Counted from the stretch's first letter, positions 18,927-38,213 are shown. The stretch is 64,000 bases of DNA from Amoebidium appalachense (GCA_963693365.1 CAVNZM010000010.1:9134554-9198553), one strand, 5' to 3'. Numbers and translations: made by a program. The notes: generated from the sequence alone by a model not told the origin.

Positions 18927-19379
18927 ACATACACACTGTTACACACAAACACAACCAAACAAACCAACACACAGGGCCCCCTGCTGTCAATCGAATATGG
19001 ATTCTCATTCAATTCTTTTTTTCCTCAGTTTTTTCTGCGTGCCCAGCTCCGGGGGAGGGGGGAGCAGATGGTGGTGGTTGGGTTGGGGGGAGGGGGGGGG
19101 GGGGGGGGGAGCTGCAGCCAGGGCAGGCATTAAATAATATTGGGTGGTAGGGCTGGCACCAGGCAAACACGCAATCAACATCCATCAGTTTGGTGACATC
19201 AGCAACGGGTAGGTGCTGGCAGCATGTGTGTTTGGTGGTGTGTGTGTGTGGGGGTGGTGGTGGAGGTGTGTGGGGGGGGGGGGGGGAGAGGGAAGGTGGA
19301 AGGTGGGGAGGTGTTTGGGTTCTTGGATGGCCTTGAGGGCGGCGATCATGGGTAAGCGGGTCGATGGGGGAAGGTGGGG

Positions 19380-19423
<44 letters not shown>

Positions 19424-20323
19424 TGCTTGTGTATGCATACGTGTGTGTGCTTGAATGCGAAAATAGTGTGGATGGGCTGAATGGGGTTTTACGTAGATGA
19501 GGGTGGGGTGGGGGATGGAGGGGGCGGGGGGAGGGGAACGACGGGGGAGGGGGAGGGGGGATGTTGACGGGTGCTTGGCATAAATGGGTGGGTGTGGCCG
19601 TTGGATTCTGGGATGGAGATTGTGCAAGTGGAGTAACAGGGTCGTGTGCGCACGGGAGTCTGGTTGCACACGTTAGTGTTGGGTCGGTTTATGGGTTGCA
19701 CGTATACGGCAGTGGGAAGCAAACATCAAATGATTGGATGTGTGACCTTGGGTGCACTATTGGAAAGTCAAGGCACACAACTTTGTTATGTGTGTGTGTG
19801 TGCGAATATGCTATGCTAGACCAACAAAAGGCTGCGTGTGTGTGTTCATGTCAATGTGCCTCTGTCTACATTGTGTGTGCTATGTGATATTGACGCACGC
19901 ACTTTGGTGTGTATGGATGGGTGTGTGTGGGGATCCAAACATGTGGCTGTGTGCATTCATGTTTGTATGTGCCATACATGTGTGCCCCCCTGTGTGTGCA
20001 CGTGCAGTCCTGACAGCACGTGCACAGGTGCACTAGCTGTGGGCCGCACTTCAACCCCAGCCAGACCCCCCACGGTGCCCCCACCGACCCTCCCAGCCAG
20101 CGGCACGTGGGGGACCTGGGCAACATCGAGGCAGACAGCAAAGGGAAGGCCGTCTTCAGGTTCACGGTAGGTGGGTGGGTTGGTGAGGGGAGGAAGGGGA
20201 GGGGGGAGGGTGGTAATGTTTCCTGGAGCTGTGGCCATGTGCTGTTCTTGGCTAGGTCCTGGAGGGATGGAGGAGTCAATGCGGGTTTTGAGGGAAAGAA
20301 ATGAGTGTGTGTCCGGGGAGGGG

Positions 20324-20399
<76 letters not shown>

Positions 20400-21014
20400 G
20401 TATTTTCGGGGCTTATCACCTTCCCCTCCTCGGGTGCTGTGGATGACATGCTCCCCCCCCTCCCGCCAGGATGTTCTCTGCGTATTATGCATCCTCTCCA
20501 GTGTGTGTTTTGCATTCTGCGCTGTGTTGTCCACTATGACCGTGTACTTGTACACTATAACACATCAACACATAACACTCCCCCCCCCCCCCCCCCCCCT
20601 CTCCCTAACCACCCTCCCCCCCCCCCCCCCCCCCCCCCCTCCAACCAAAAAAATAAAACAAGAAAGAAAGAAAAAAGAACGAAAGAAAGAAGAAGAAAGG
20701 AAGGAGAAAAAGCAAGACCCCACACACACCCACCAGCACCACCCAAACACGATTGCTCACTGGGGCTGCAGGACCGGCTATTGAATGTGTGGGATGTGAT
20801 TGGGCGGTCTGTGGTGGTGCATGAGCGCCCAGACGACCTGGGCAGGGGCACCGATGAGGCCTCAAAGGTCGATGGAAATGCCGGTCGTATGTGCCCCCCC
20901 CCACCCCCCACCCCCCACCCCCCCCCCCCCCTCCTCCTCCTGTCTCCCCCTCCTCCTCCTCCTGCATGTCTCAATTTTCGTCGCCACCGAAAAGGATTCA
21001 ATGACGGGCATGAG

Positions 21015-21049
<35 letters not shown>

Positions 21050-21186
21050 TTCCCCTCCTCCATTTCCATTGCACAAGAAAGGGATGTGCAACGGGATGCA
21101 GGACATATGAGCCCCTTTGCCCCCCTACCCCAACCCCACCCCAGCCGCCACCACCACCACCACCACCACCACCGTGGCACCACAAA

Positions 21187-21244
<58 letters not shown>

Positions 21245-21457
21245 GACACACACACCCCTACACACACACACACCCTTTTCATAGGGGGTTTTTGGCCAAT
21301 CATGACGAATATTCTGACATGCATTTTGTTGGGTGGTGCAGCCGGGCTAGCATGCGGCATCATTGCGCGGTCTGCAGGGATCTTCCAGAACACAAAAACC
21401 TTCTGTGCCTGCAGTGGCAAGACAATGTGGGACGAAAATGCAAACGAATTCAACTGA
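16035..21457 (+). CDS. CCS: Copper chaperone for Cu/Zn superoxide dismutase, 8 exons
   Basis: Exons 16035-16070, 16193-16265 (MTCQSC HMA motif), 17849-17983, 18699-18809 (NLGAAV..GLVRFVQ), 19151-19208 ([10 protein letters not shown]), 20028-20166 ([14 protein letters not shown]), 20772-20886 ([19 protein letters not shown]), 21342-21457 ([20 protein letters not shown]). Phases consistent; three-domain CCS architecture. Confidence 0.96.
20430..20560 (+). repeat. Dispersed repeat copy A (related to 31719-31840), in a CCS intron
   Basis: TCGGGTGCTGTGGATGACATG...CTCTGCGTATTATGCATCCTCT...TTGCATTCTGC aligns by eye with the copy at 31719. Confidence 0.6.
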
Positions 21458-23341
21458 GTGCAGACAGTGGGCCGACGTGTGGTGTGGATGCACGTGGGTG
21501 CATGCCACAGGGGTGGTGGTGTGAGCAGCACGTTGGTGGTTGGGCAATTACAAACATCAATGTTGGTGTTGGTGTTAGTTTGTGGTGGTGGGAGGGTGGC
21601 CGCTGGATGGCTAATACTTTGCGATATGTCGTGCCACTGGCATGACTGACTGTGTTTGGGCTGTGCTGTGCACGTGCTCTGGAGGGATGCAACTAATGGA
21701 ATAATTAGAACGGCAACAGACCAATCATACATAGCTTTTTTTTTTAATTATAAAGGGGTGTGGTCCGCCCAGCCATATTGCGTCGACTGGGCCCGGACCT
21801 GCATAGATGTTTGCTCGTATCTTGGCGGCCCTGCGAGCAACTGTGTTTAATAAATTAGATATCGCGCGTAACAGAGAGTGCACGTGGTCTGTTTAAATTG
21901 TGTGTGCGCGTGTAGGTTGAACTGGTCACCATGAAGTTATGCCCAGGCCATTTGTGGTGGTGGCCTATGGTGGATCCGAAGGTTTCGACGGGCACACGGG
22001 TATCCTGCTTTGTGCCCCAGGAGACGTGCGCACAGCTGAGACAGGTGCACCGTCCGGCTGCCTGTACTGCCAGTTCAGTGTCTCTGCCTTGCTGTCACTG
22101 TGAGCCCACCGCCCCTGGCAGCAAATCACGTGGCAACACGACTGTCACGACACACGTTTTGTGCATGAGAATGGAATAGTGCCTCCCGCGCTGATTGGTA
22201 GAGCCCGCACCCATGGCTCCCCAAATACTTAAAATGTGCGGGCCCGAAATTTCCGTACGTGTTTATATTGCCCAAGGCAACAATCCAGAAGCCGATTGTT
22301 CATTTTTAAATTATTTAAAAATTATGTATATTATTATGTGCGTTACTAAACCTTTGATGGATGTGTAAACACATGTGTTCTTGGCTGGCTTCCCAAACTG
22401 CGAATTTTATTTTATAACCAGTAATGCCTAAACGCCCCGACATAGGTGTTTGAGGGGTCAAACATGGGACGAATCTGATTGGATGTGTGGATGTGCCACC
22501 CGCCATTACGATTGGCTCATTCTGGTCACATTTGGGATAGAATGAAATTCGAGGCCGCAAGATCTACAAACCCGGAAGCTGGTTTTTGGCCCCTTTATAG
22601 CTATGTGCTACCTTTTGCAAAAAAAGTTATAAATTAAATTTGAGGTTCCTAAATTTTTGGTAGTGGGAGATGTATTTTGCTGATATGTATTATTTGTTGA
22701 CCCTGCCATGCGGTGAAGTTGTTTTGACCGCGTATACATTGAGAGAAACCCATGCAAATATTGCAAATCATTCCAAACTCTGCATCTAGGAGGTTTATTG
22801 TTTCCCCCTAGAAGCGCACCGGCCAAAAGTCTCCGGGCAGTACGTTGCACCTCCAAAATTTTCGAATGCAGTGGCTTGAACTTACACGCACGCCTTACAC
22901 ATTACATTACACACACGTACATGCCTGGCATCAGAGCTTACAACCTGGGTATAACACACTCACGGTAACATACAAGCGTGCACGGTCACAACACCAACAG
23001 CCAAACTTCTCATTAGCCGGTTTCATGAGGTTTCTTGCCTTCCTGTGCACACCTTCGAATATCTAACTGCACTATCTGCCTACTCCTACCTTCAAGACCC
23101 TGTTGCCCTTGGCACTCAAGTAGGCCCACGGCAATAGCACTTTGCTATTGAAAAAAAGTAATATCATATTATCGACCACTAGTTGCAAATTGTGGGAGTC
23201 TGCATAAAAAACGTGTACGGTCCGCAATCTTGCTTTGGAAGTTGCAGCCAGTCCACCGAAATTTCCCTCCCACACCGCCTACCAAACTCCATTGACAACA
23301 CGCACCATGCACACCTAGTGTGCAACCATTCACAGCCAACC

Positions 23342-23581
23342 ATGAGGCATACAGCCGCTCTGCTTGTGTGCGTGGCCGCAGCCCAGGCGCAGACCACCGC
23401 GCCTGCGCGGCCAGTGTTCACGCGGGTGGTGGCCTGTGGGGACCAGCAGCCGGCAGCCACCGACTGCTTTGTCGACCCCCTGTGTCCGCCAGGCACCGTC
23501 CAGGATCCCTTCACACGCACTTGATCCACTCCCACCTCTCCCCCCCTTCCCCCCTTCCTCCCCCCCCCTCCCCCCCTCCCC

Positions 23582-23612
<31 letters not shown>

Positions 23613-25665
23613 ACACACCGTTCCCCCCGCTCTCTCTCCTCCTCCTCTCTTCCAAAATGCGAAACACTAAAGGGGAACTTCAAGCTGACGGTAGTGCTTC
23701 GTTCCTGCTAGGCACCTCCTTCAGAACTTTTGTGGTGCTGTGTGCCGATGTGGTCTGCGCACCCTCTAGCTGCCACCGTCTCACTGCCGCCCTGCACTCA
23801 CCACAGAGGCCTGCCGTGCATCCATCATAGTCACGTGCCAGCCTGTCTTCTTCTACGGACCCTCCCTCAGGCGCTGCCGTCGTGACTGCCCGTCCCCTCT
23901 CGTCTACAACCGCCCCTTACGTCGCTGTGTGGCTGCCAGGCAGGCCCCCTGCCCCAGCGGGCAGGTGCGCAACACCACCAGTAACTTGTGTGTGTGCGCG
24001 CCTTGCTACTGGGAAGAGGGAGCAGGGTGTGTGGACGTGGACGAGTGCAGTGAGGAGGCCCTGTCCCTCTCCTGTGATCCCGATGCCGACTGTGTCAACA
24101 CACGGGGCAGCTATGAGTGTCGCTGTGCCGAGGGCCTTGTGGGTGACGGCCTGCAGTGCTCCCTATGGTCACAGGGTGAGCCCCTGCCCCTCCCAGCAGC
24201 CACCACCATTGTGCCCTCTGCCTCCCGCCCCACACCCACCCTCACACCAGCCAGCAACACCCTCCTGCCTGCCTCCATAGCCCAGGCCGTGGCCCCCTCT
24301 CCTCTCCCCACCACCACCCCCACCCAGGACACCGCCCCCACAGGCAGTGCCCCCGAGGACCTTTGCAAGGGGCTAGTGGACAGCACTGGTAGGGTGCGCA
24401 TACGCAAGGAGTGGCGGGAATTAAGCAAAGCACAGAGGGAGGTGTTTGTGGATGCGCTGAGGGAGCTAGTCAGGAGGGGGGAGCAGCGCAAGGTGCTGGT
24501 GCTGCATGAGGCCGCCCTCTCTGACCCCTACGGCCATGCAAGCAACGCCTTTTTGCACTGGCACAGACAGTTTGTGCTGCTGTTTGAGAACCAGCCAAGG
24601 GCCCTGGGTCCCCGCTATGCAAGCCTGACCATGCCCTACTGAGATTGGTCTCAAGATGTCAAGGACGACCCCATGGCCCGGCCTAACATCACAGTGATCG
24701 AGGAGCTCGGTGGCATAGGTGCGTGGGGGCATGTGGGTGTCGCAGGGTGGCGGTTTTTTTTGGGGGGGAGGGGGGGGGGGGGGGGGGGAGGGGGGGAGGG
24801 GGGAGGGGGGCAGGGGGGCATGTGTGCACGTGTAGCGCTGGGTGTTCTGTGTGCGGATGGATGGGGTATAGACGAGTGACGTTGTTATGCCATTGTATGC
24901 CTGTTTTGCTGGCTACCCTTTATTCTGATGGTGGCTGCATTGCTTCTTCTAGCTCAAAAGGACACATGATCAGTAATTTTAATTTATTACCTCCCCAACT
25001 CACGCCACTGATATGGCAATCCAGACCCCACCCCCGCAGGCGACAGCTGCATTCTCGACGATTTCATTGGTATATTCCGGTTCCCCGTAGACCGCTGTGT
25101 GTCGCGGCCCTTTGGCCACCGGCTGGGCTGGTGGCCGCCGGGGCCCATTGAGATAGCCGAGGGGATAGTCAACAATGCGGACTTTGAGAACTTCAACAAG
25201 ATGCTCAAGGCCTGGCATGCCCCTCATCCACAACCGATGCAGGGGCACCATGGGGGACATAAGGTTCTCCCCCAACGACCCGCTGTTCTTTCTGCACCAC
25301 GCAATGGTCGACAAGATCTTGGCCACCTGGCAGGTACGTGTCCACATGTGCACCCCCCCCCCCTCCCCCCCCCTGCCTCCTGCCTCCTGCCTGCAACCGA
25401 AACCATCACGTATGAGAGCAAATCATTCCTGCAGCTATCCCACTCTTATTGCCCTTTGGCCGGCCCACTGCCCTGTCCAATGCACCCTACCTTTATGGCC
25501 CCAGCCAAGCTTCCCAGGGTCCTATTAATGGTGGCGAGGTGCTAAAAATAGCAGCCAAGAAGGAGTGCGAGACATTTAGTCCCTACGGCCCACTGGGTGA
25601 CATGTGGGCCCAGTTCATGCGCATCGATCCGCACACACTGCCCTGCACCACCGCAGACCAGGTAT
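23342..25665 (+). pseudogene. Secreted EGF-like + Ser/Thr/Pro linker + tyrosinase (type-3 copper) gene, disrupted
   Basis: Signal peptide MRHTAALLVCVAAAQA; calcium-binding EGF (DVDEC..DADCVNTRGSYECRC); RIRKEWRELS; CuA H..GHASNAFLHWHR; PY*DWS with TGA 24640-24642 replacing W of PYWDW; CuB WHA/LIHN..SPNDPLFFLHHAMVDKI split by a frameshift near 25220; another stop at 23522-23524. 3' end uncertain. Confidence 0.85.
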
Positions 25666-26806
25666 GATTTCGCTTGAACAACTGTGACTTTAGGCTACAC
25701 TTTCACTGATTGGTTGCGCGCTTTGAGCATCAATCGCAAATGTCAGTGAAGCCTTATTTTGTGCTAGTAAGCCTGGCAAGCATGTGTATTGTGATTTTAA
25801 TTGATACAGCTAAAGGTGTTGTAATTTATGTTAGACTCGCAACACGTAAATTCTGACTTAAGGCTATAATCCCAATGTGCAAGTTGTGATTGTAGACTAT
25901 ACCCGCAACATGTTTATTACTGTGATTATGTTTTTAGGCTACACTCACAACATATAATATGTGAAGTTAGGCTATACTTGCAGGCATACTCTTTATGGAA
26001 CGTGTGGCTTTCGCTGCAGGTACACACACTGAGCTCCTGTATGACAAAAGGTGAACGTAGTCTTTTTGTATACTGAGATACAGTGGCACCCATTATTGCA
26101 GTTGCTGATCACCGTGTATATATTTGTCCTTTCACCATGCCATTGCTACCTCTTATGATACAGGTGCATTGTATGTGCCTCTAAACTGTGCACGGCACAC
26201 ACTGGCTGTGTGCTCTGTCACGTGTACAATATCAATAGGTCCACGGTTGGGCCTGACCACGCCTATGCTTATGTGCTTCATGTACATGGGCCATGTTGAC
26301 TGGAAGTGCAATCACCCACGTGCACAGACGGGAGCATGCGCACACTTACGGGAATGCATCCATGGTCAATTTTAAGTTGTGCACGTAACGGCAAAAGCTG
26401 GGTTGCTCCATGTGCACCTACTGGCTCTGTGTTGTGTACGTAGACCATGGGTGGACATGCAATTAAGTTGCTTCCAAAGTGGGCGATCACCAGACATGTA
26501 GGATGAGCCTGGGGGAGGAAGGGTGGGCGGGTGCGGGGAGGAGAGGAGGGGGGGAGGAGGCAACAGTTACTGACGCATCGCGATGCGCATATATACCCAA
26601 ATGAACAATGCTGTCAACTATGCATATGGTACCAGTGAAGTGACATGAGGCACAGGCGAAGGAAAGCTTTAAGAGAGACTCCAGTCGCCGCCACCGGGGT
26701 GTTTGGGTGTGAACATGTACATGTCATCTTCCAGTATAACCATTCTCTTTTTCTTCTTTTTTCTTTTCTCTTGTATGTGTGTGTACACGTGTTTTTTTTT
26801 TTTTTT

Positions 26807-26845
<39 letters not shown>

Positions 26846-27229
26846 GCGGGGGGCTTCATTGGAAGCAATTACCCTGGGATCTGAGCAGCACATTCACAGT
26901 TATGCATGGTACCTGATTGGCCCTGCATTTTGCAGACTTTTATTGTAATACAAACGCACACCTTGCACATGCGGTCGTGCCTGCGAGCCAGCCCACACGC
27001 AGTGCGGCCCAATCATAACACCACACAAATCAGCACATCAGCACATCAGCACCCACACCCGTAATACCACTTCTCACACCTTGTGCTCAGACAACCACCA
27101 ACACTTGCACGGGCACCATGCCTTACAGCCAACATCATCAGCATGCCGCACTGCACCCAATAATTATCCACCAGCAGCCACCTTGTCGACACACTGTGCC
27201 AAGGCAGTACCTCCGTACCAACACTGATC

Positions 27230-27270
<41 letters not shown>

Positions 27271-27396
27271 TGTCTTCCTTTTCCTTCCGAGAATTCGAGA
27301 ATCCTCCACTTTTTCTTCCTTCCTCCTCCTCCTCCTCCTCCTGTTCTTCTTCTTCTTTTTTTTTTTTTTTTTTTTCCTTTCTTTTCTTTTCTTTTC

Positions 27397-27470
<74 letters not shown>

Positions 27471-28139
27471 GAGGGGGAAAGAAATAAATGCCAAGAACAA
27501 CACAAGGCACTGATTGTGCTGTAATCAACTATTCGGCCGGATTTCTTTCCGGCTTTTCCGTTTCTCCTTTCTTACCCTTCTTTTCCTTCTTTTATTCTTT
27601 TTTTGTGTTGTTGGTTTTTGTTGTTGTTGTTATTGTCGTTTCTTTTTTTTTTTTTCGGGGGCCGGGGAGGTGGGGGGGTGGGGGGGGGGTTGGACTGTAA
27701 GGCCTTGGGGTGAGACGAAGCCAGCCAAAACAGCTGAAAAAAGGGAGGGAAGGCAGAGAGAAGATATTGGAATTCCTCCCTGGGGGCATGGGGGGGGGGG
27801 GGGGGGGGGGGGGGGGGAGGGACTGCAGTGAGAAAAATATAGCAAAGCAGGCTGTAAAGGCAGCAGGGAGAAGGGAATGCGGTGAAAGAGACAGACTGAA
27901 TAGGGCGGCAGGGTACGATTAGGATGCTCACACTGGGATAGCCTGGGGAAAATAATGGTTGACCAAATAAGTGAGTGCAGGGAAAGAAAGTACTTTGAAA
28001 AAGCACAGAAAGCACAAGTACACGCTGGTACACATGCATTCAACATGTACTAACGTTAGTACGCGTGCATGTATAACATCATGGCGCCACGTACCACAAG
28101 CATTACACCACTGCACGCACATGCAGATTGTATGCACGT

Positions 28140-28262
28140 GCACATGCATACACCAGTAGTGCACGGGCATGTAACAACTACACAAGGATGTGTCCTTTAG
28201 TGCACATGCATACACCAGTAGTGCACGGGCATGTAACAACTACACAAGTATGTGTCCTTTAG
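28140..28262. repeat. Two tandem copies of a ~61-bp unit
   Basis: GCACATGCATACACCAGTAGTGCACGGGCATGTAACAACTACACAAG(G/T)ATGTGTCCTTTAG occurs twice. Confidence 0.8.
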
Positions 28263-30178
28263 AGCACACACTATCAGACACACATTCTTCACCACATACA
28301 TGGGCAGGCTTCAAATGACATGACTCCGGATTTTGAAAACTGGTGTACACGCCAAGAACGATGCAGAGCAGAAGACGCACGAAAAAGTGCAGGCACAAGC
28401 ACGCACACACAGTGCGCGCTGTGTGTGCGTGCTTGGCCCACACGTGTCAGTCTACAAGGATGTGTCTGTGATCGTGTACCGAAACAATTCGCCATAGGGT
28501 CCGCAATCAGGCATTAAGAGTGTGCCCACAGACAGGAGACAGCCACCGTCAAAGTATCCCATACAGGCCATATCTACAACCAAACAAGAAAATTACACCC
28601 TCCCTTCCTTCACCACAAGTTCTATCGTTTCCTCATGCAGCTGTCCAGCCCTATGGTTTAGCACATGGCTTTCCCATGGTTCCGCCTGCATCGTTACCGG
28701 GTGTTCAAGACGCAGGCACGAAACATGAAAGACCTCTGCAACGGGAGGAATTTTAATTGTGAAAACGGGCGGGGAGTCTCTGAGCGTGGGCATGGTAGCC
28801 TACGCTCGATAAACCAGCCGGGCTTGCACACTTCAACGCACAAAAATAGTGTGCTTTTATGCACACACATAAAATATGGTCGTGTTTGTTTATGCAGGCC
28901 GACCGTGCCACTGTTGGGATTCGTGCGAAACGCCACAGTGCTGGGCCCTGAACTTTAGGAATCAACCCTTCTGCCTCGCTCCCGTGATCTCCGGCTATTG
29001 GTGCATGGCAGTGACCTGTATCCAATAAAAAGACGATACGGTTTGGAAGCCAATCAGCACACACATAGAACATTCCTCTGGCAGTCCAACAGTTAACTGC
29101 GGCAGCTTGCGCAGGCCTGGATATTTGGTAGCTAAGCATACTGCTTGAGAAACCAATAGATATTGCTATCATCCTTAATGTAGGAGTCTTTTGGTTTCTT
29201 CAGGGCAAAGGATGCTTTATCAGCTATTAACATTGAGTTATTGATCATGAGCCTTTCAGCCTACTTGCTTCACACTCGGACCCCTATCTACAAGCCGGGG
29301 CCGGGGCCCGGTGGCAGACGGGTCGATCGATACCTTGAAGGGGAATTCCGAATCGAGCCGCCTTGCCTCGAGGAGCACGATGAGACACACGTCTAATGGA
29401 AATTCAACGTATCAGGCCAGGAGTACCAGTATATGGCTTTCTAGAACATTTTATATATAATACCCTCATAGCTCGCTATAACTTCTGTATAAACATGCGG
29501 GTGTACAAGCCACTCAGCGAAACAGGTGACCCGGGTCTTCTGTTTCGTTGACCCGATTCGTCCCTTCTTTTGAGCGCGGTAAAACCCCTTGATCCCGCCT
29601 GCCGGACCCCGGTGCCAGGCACATGCTGCTGATACGGCAGTTGTCTTGGAAAAAAAAAATCCGAATTGTTGGGTACCTGTTCACTAACGTTTTTAGTTAC
29701 AAAACGCAGTAATTTGGTGCTCGCTCAACTTTCAATATATCTTGTTTGGGGGATGGTAAAAGGCTAGTTTATGTAGAAAACGAGTGACTTTTTTTTTTTT
29801 CTCTCTCTCGCTCGCTCTTTCTTCGTTCTACAACTGAAACCTAACAAGCAATCTTCCCAGAAAACGTTAGGCTCTTACACTCACGTGAAGGTGGTGACGG
29901 GTTTTAGAACTGCACCTGTCAATATCATAGAAATAACATCAGCACGCACACACGTGCACGGTAGTGAGTAGAATAGAGCCGCAAGGGCACGAAGGCACAT
30001 TTATTTTTTTTGGAAGAAGTAGGCCAACCAGAAAGCAGTCGCCTGTCGGCTAGGCCCGAGGGTTGTCTAGGGTTTTTGAGTGCGGCACACGTGTGGACGC
30101 TTGCTACCTGTGTGCTGAGTGCGTGTCTCCTGCGACCGCGCAAATGCCGCAGCGGCCTGAGGCGCGGGCGTGTTTGCA

Positions 30179-35708
<5,530 letters not shown>

Positions 35709-36666
35709 TGTGTGTGTGCATGTGGGTGTATGTGTCAATTCGTATGTATCAGAATAAATGTGGAGCAGAGGCAGGATTCGGTCCTGTGACCTCTGTAAGA
35801 GACAATCACTTCTACATAGCGGATCGAAAGTAGAGAGGTTCGCAGGAAGTGGTTTGAGATCTCGGATCCTCCGGTACCATCTGAGGATGGTCCGGCTGCT
35901 TTTTATACCTGCGCTGATGCCAGTCCGCGAATACATCGTCCAATAGGATTACAGATAGTCTCTCAGGATAGATCGGGATTATGCACCAGCCAATAGGAAG
36001 ACAGTTATGGTTCCTGGCGTATGTGGCCCCAGGCGGTCCCCAAGTACGCGGGGGCGGGATAGGCGGGAACAGCTAGGCTAAGTACATGACTGGGAAGAGC
36101 AGGAATAAACAGATACTATTCTATCATAACAGTATGTGTTCGTGTGTATTCGTGTGTGTAGGTGTATATTCGACGAATATCCGTGTGTGTGTGTGTCCGT
36201 GTCGGCACGTGCGTATGCACGTGTGATAGTATAGGGGGGTGAGGGTGGAGAGGGCTGTAATTTAGGGGATATGGGGGATAGAAGAGACGGCAGCAGCAAC
36301 ATGGCAGCACGTGTGACCTCCAGTGTACATAGCAACCCGCCAACTGTTATTAGCATGGCCAATTATAGCAACATATATACTTATAGCATACCCTTATGTG
36401 CCAAATGAATACAGACGCTGCCCGGCACTGTCGGATTTTGACCCATGTAACATCATGGTGGCCTCAATCGGCTGCTGCGTGCTTGTGCCGTACATGTGAT
36501 TTTGCCAAATGCACGTGGCGGCCGTGCCCACCCCTTCCCCAAGGCATGATGGGCTGTGATGATGGATGCATGCATAGTTTACATGTGGTCATCGATATCT
36601 GCAACTTGTTGGTCGTGGAGATGTACTTTGTGCTCTGTAGCATCCCCTTCAACCTCCTGGGGATTT

Positions 36667-36711
<45 letters not shown>

Positions 36712-37136
36712 ACACAGACACATGTATACACACCACACACACACAGAAACACATTTAAGTCATGTGCGCATGAAAGGTGCTGTGACCGACCATGCAGAGC
36801 GTACGTGTCGAATCCGATTCTGTGTAGTTTTGCATAACGGTGCGTCTTTGAGACCAAACGTGTGCCTGTGCATGTGTGTATGGGGTTCCGTGGTGGAGTG
36901 GGGGGGTGGTGGCCACCAATGGTGGAGGTGGTGGAGGTGGCGGTGGCGGTGGTGGTGGTGGTGGTGGTGTGTGTGTGTGGGGAGGGGTTTTGGGGGGGGG
37001 GGGGGGGGGGGGGGAAGAGTCGTTAAGAGTCGTTTTTGCCCCCCCCCCCCCTCCCCCCTCTAGCTGCTCGCCTTCCTGGCCCCCCCCTCCCCCACCACCA
37101 CCACCACCTCCACCACGGTGTGTGGCGAATGTTGCT

Positions 37137-37744
37137 GCATGCTGATTGGTGCACTTAGTGATTATCGCTGCATGCTGATTGGTACACTTACTGGGTAGTG
37201 ATTGTTGCTGCTGGGCAAATAGTAGCATATGTTGTCTGCACTTGACAAGACATGCTGATTGGTGCAATCGATGTGTAACTTTGTGGCTGCATGCTGATTG
37301 GTGCAATTGATGTGTAACTTTGTCGCTGCATGCTGATTGGTGGAATTGATGTGTATCTTTGTCACTGCATGCTGATTGGTGCAATTGATGTGTAACTTTG
37401 CCGCTATGCGCATGCTGATTGGTGCAATTGATGTGTAACTTTGTCGCTGCATGCTGATTGGTGCAATTGATGTGTAACTTTGTCGCTGCATGCTGATTGT
37501 GGCAATTGATGCGTAACTTTGTCGCTGCATGCTGATTGGTGCAATTGATGTGTAACTTTGCCGCTGCATGATTGGTGCAATTGATGTGTAGCTTTGCCGT
37601 TGCATGCTGATTGGTGCAATTGATGTGTAACTTTGCCGTTGCATGCTGATTGGTGCAATTGATGTGTAGCTTTGCCGTTGCATGCTGATTGGTGCACTCG
37701 CTGGCCTTTAAATTCATTTCCATCAAGCATGATGCTGATTGGTA
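37137..37744. repeat. 39-bp minisatellite carrying a CCAAT box in each unit
   Basis: Unit GCATGCTGATTGGTGCAATTGATGTGTAACTTTGTCGCT, about a dozen head-to-tail copies with degenerate flanking copies; no spacers. Confidence 0.9.
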
Positions 37745-37884
37745 AAAAACCACGAGGCAGCCAGTTCAACCACTATTGTTGCATGCAGGTTGACCGGTTC
37801 GCTTTGAAAATGCAGTCCTTGGTGACTCGTCGCTGTGAGTAAAATTCATGAAGTTCATTGACAAGATGTGTTCGATTTTGGCTT

Positions 37885-37958
<74 letters not shown>

Positions 37959-38160
37959 TAGGAGGGTGGGTGGGTTGGGGGGGGGGGGGGGGGGGGGGAG
38001 GGGAGGCTCGGGTGGGCATGATTTCGGGTCTCATAGATTATAGTGTATTTGAACAGTTGTGCTGCATTATGACACCCCTCCCCCCTCCCCTCTTCCCCGC
38101 CCCCCCCCTCCTCACTCTCGCATACACGTGTACACAGGCACAATGAAACTCCCAAAATGC

Positions 38161-38213
<53 letters not shown>

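Noticed and set aside
20326-20400. Very long poly-G runs as functional G-quadruplex elements
   Set aside because: Such runs are ubiquitous here and their lengths are unreliable in long-read assemblies; no locus-specific signal.
16035-25665. Copper gene cluster (CCS next to tyrosinase)
   Set aside because: CCS serves cytosolic SOD1, not secretory tyrosinases; the tyrosinase is a pseudogene; adjacency is probably chance.
28960-29290. Possible hAT transposase remnant (minus strand, ATKYPGLRKL) and imperfect inverted repeats at ~29293-29620
   Set aside because: Too short and degenerate to support without a search.
35758-35830. tRNA/SINE-like T-arm on the minus strand (GGTCACAGGACCGAATCCTG)
   Set aside because: No cloverleaf or A-box could be built, and the TTC of the T-loop is absent.
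37137-37744. CRISPR array, or a repeat-protein ORF (36755-37753, CTNQHAATKLHIN repeats)
   Set aside because: Units are contiguous with no unique spacers and no cas genes in a eukaryotic context; the ORF stays open only because the unit is 39 bp and stop-free.
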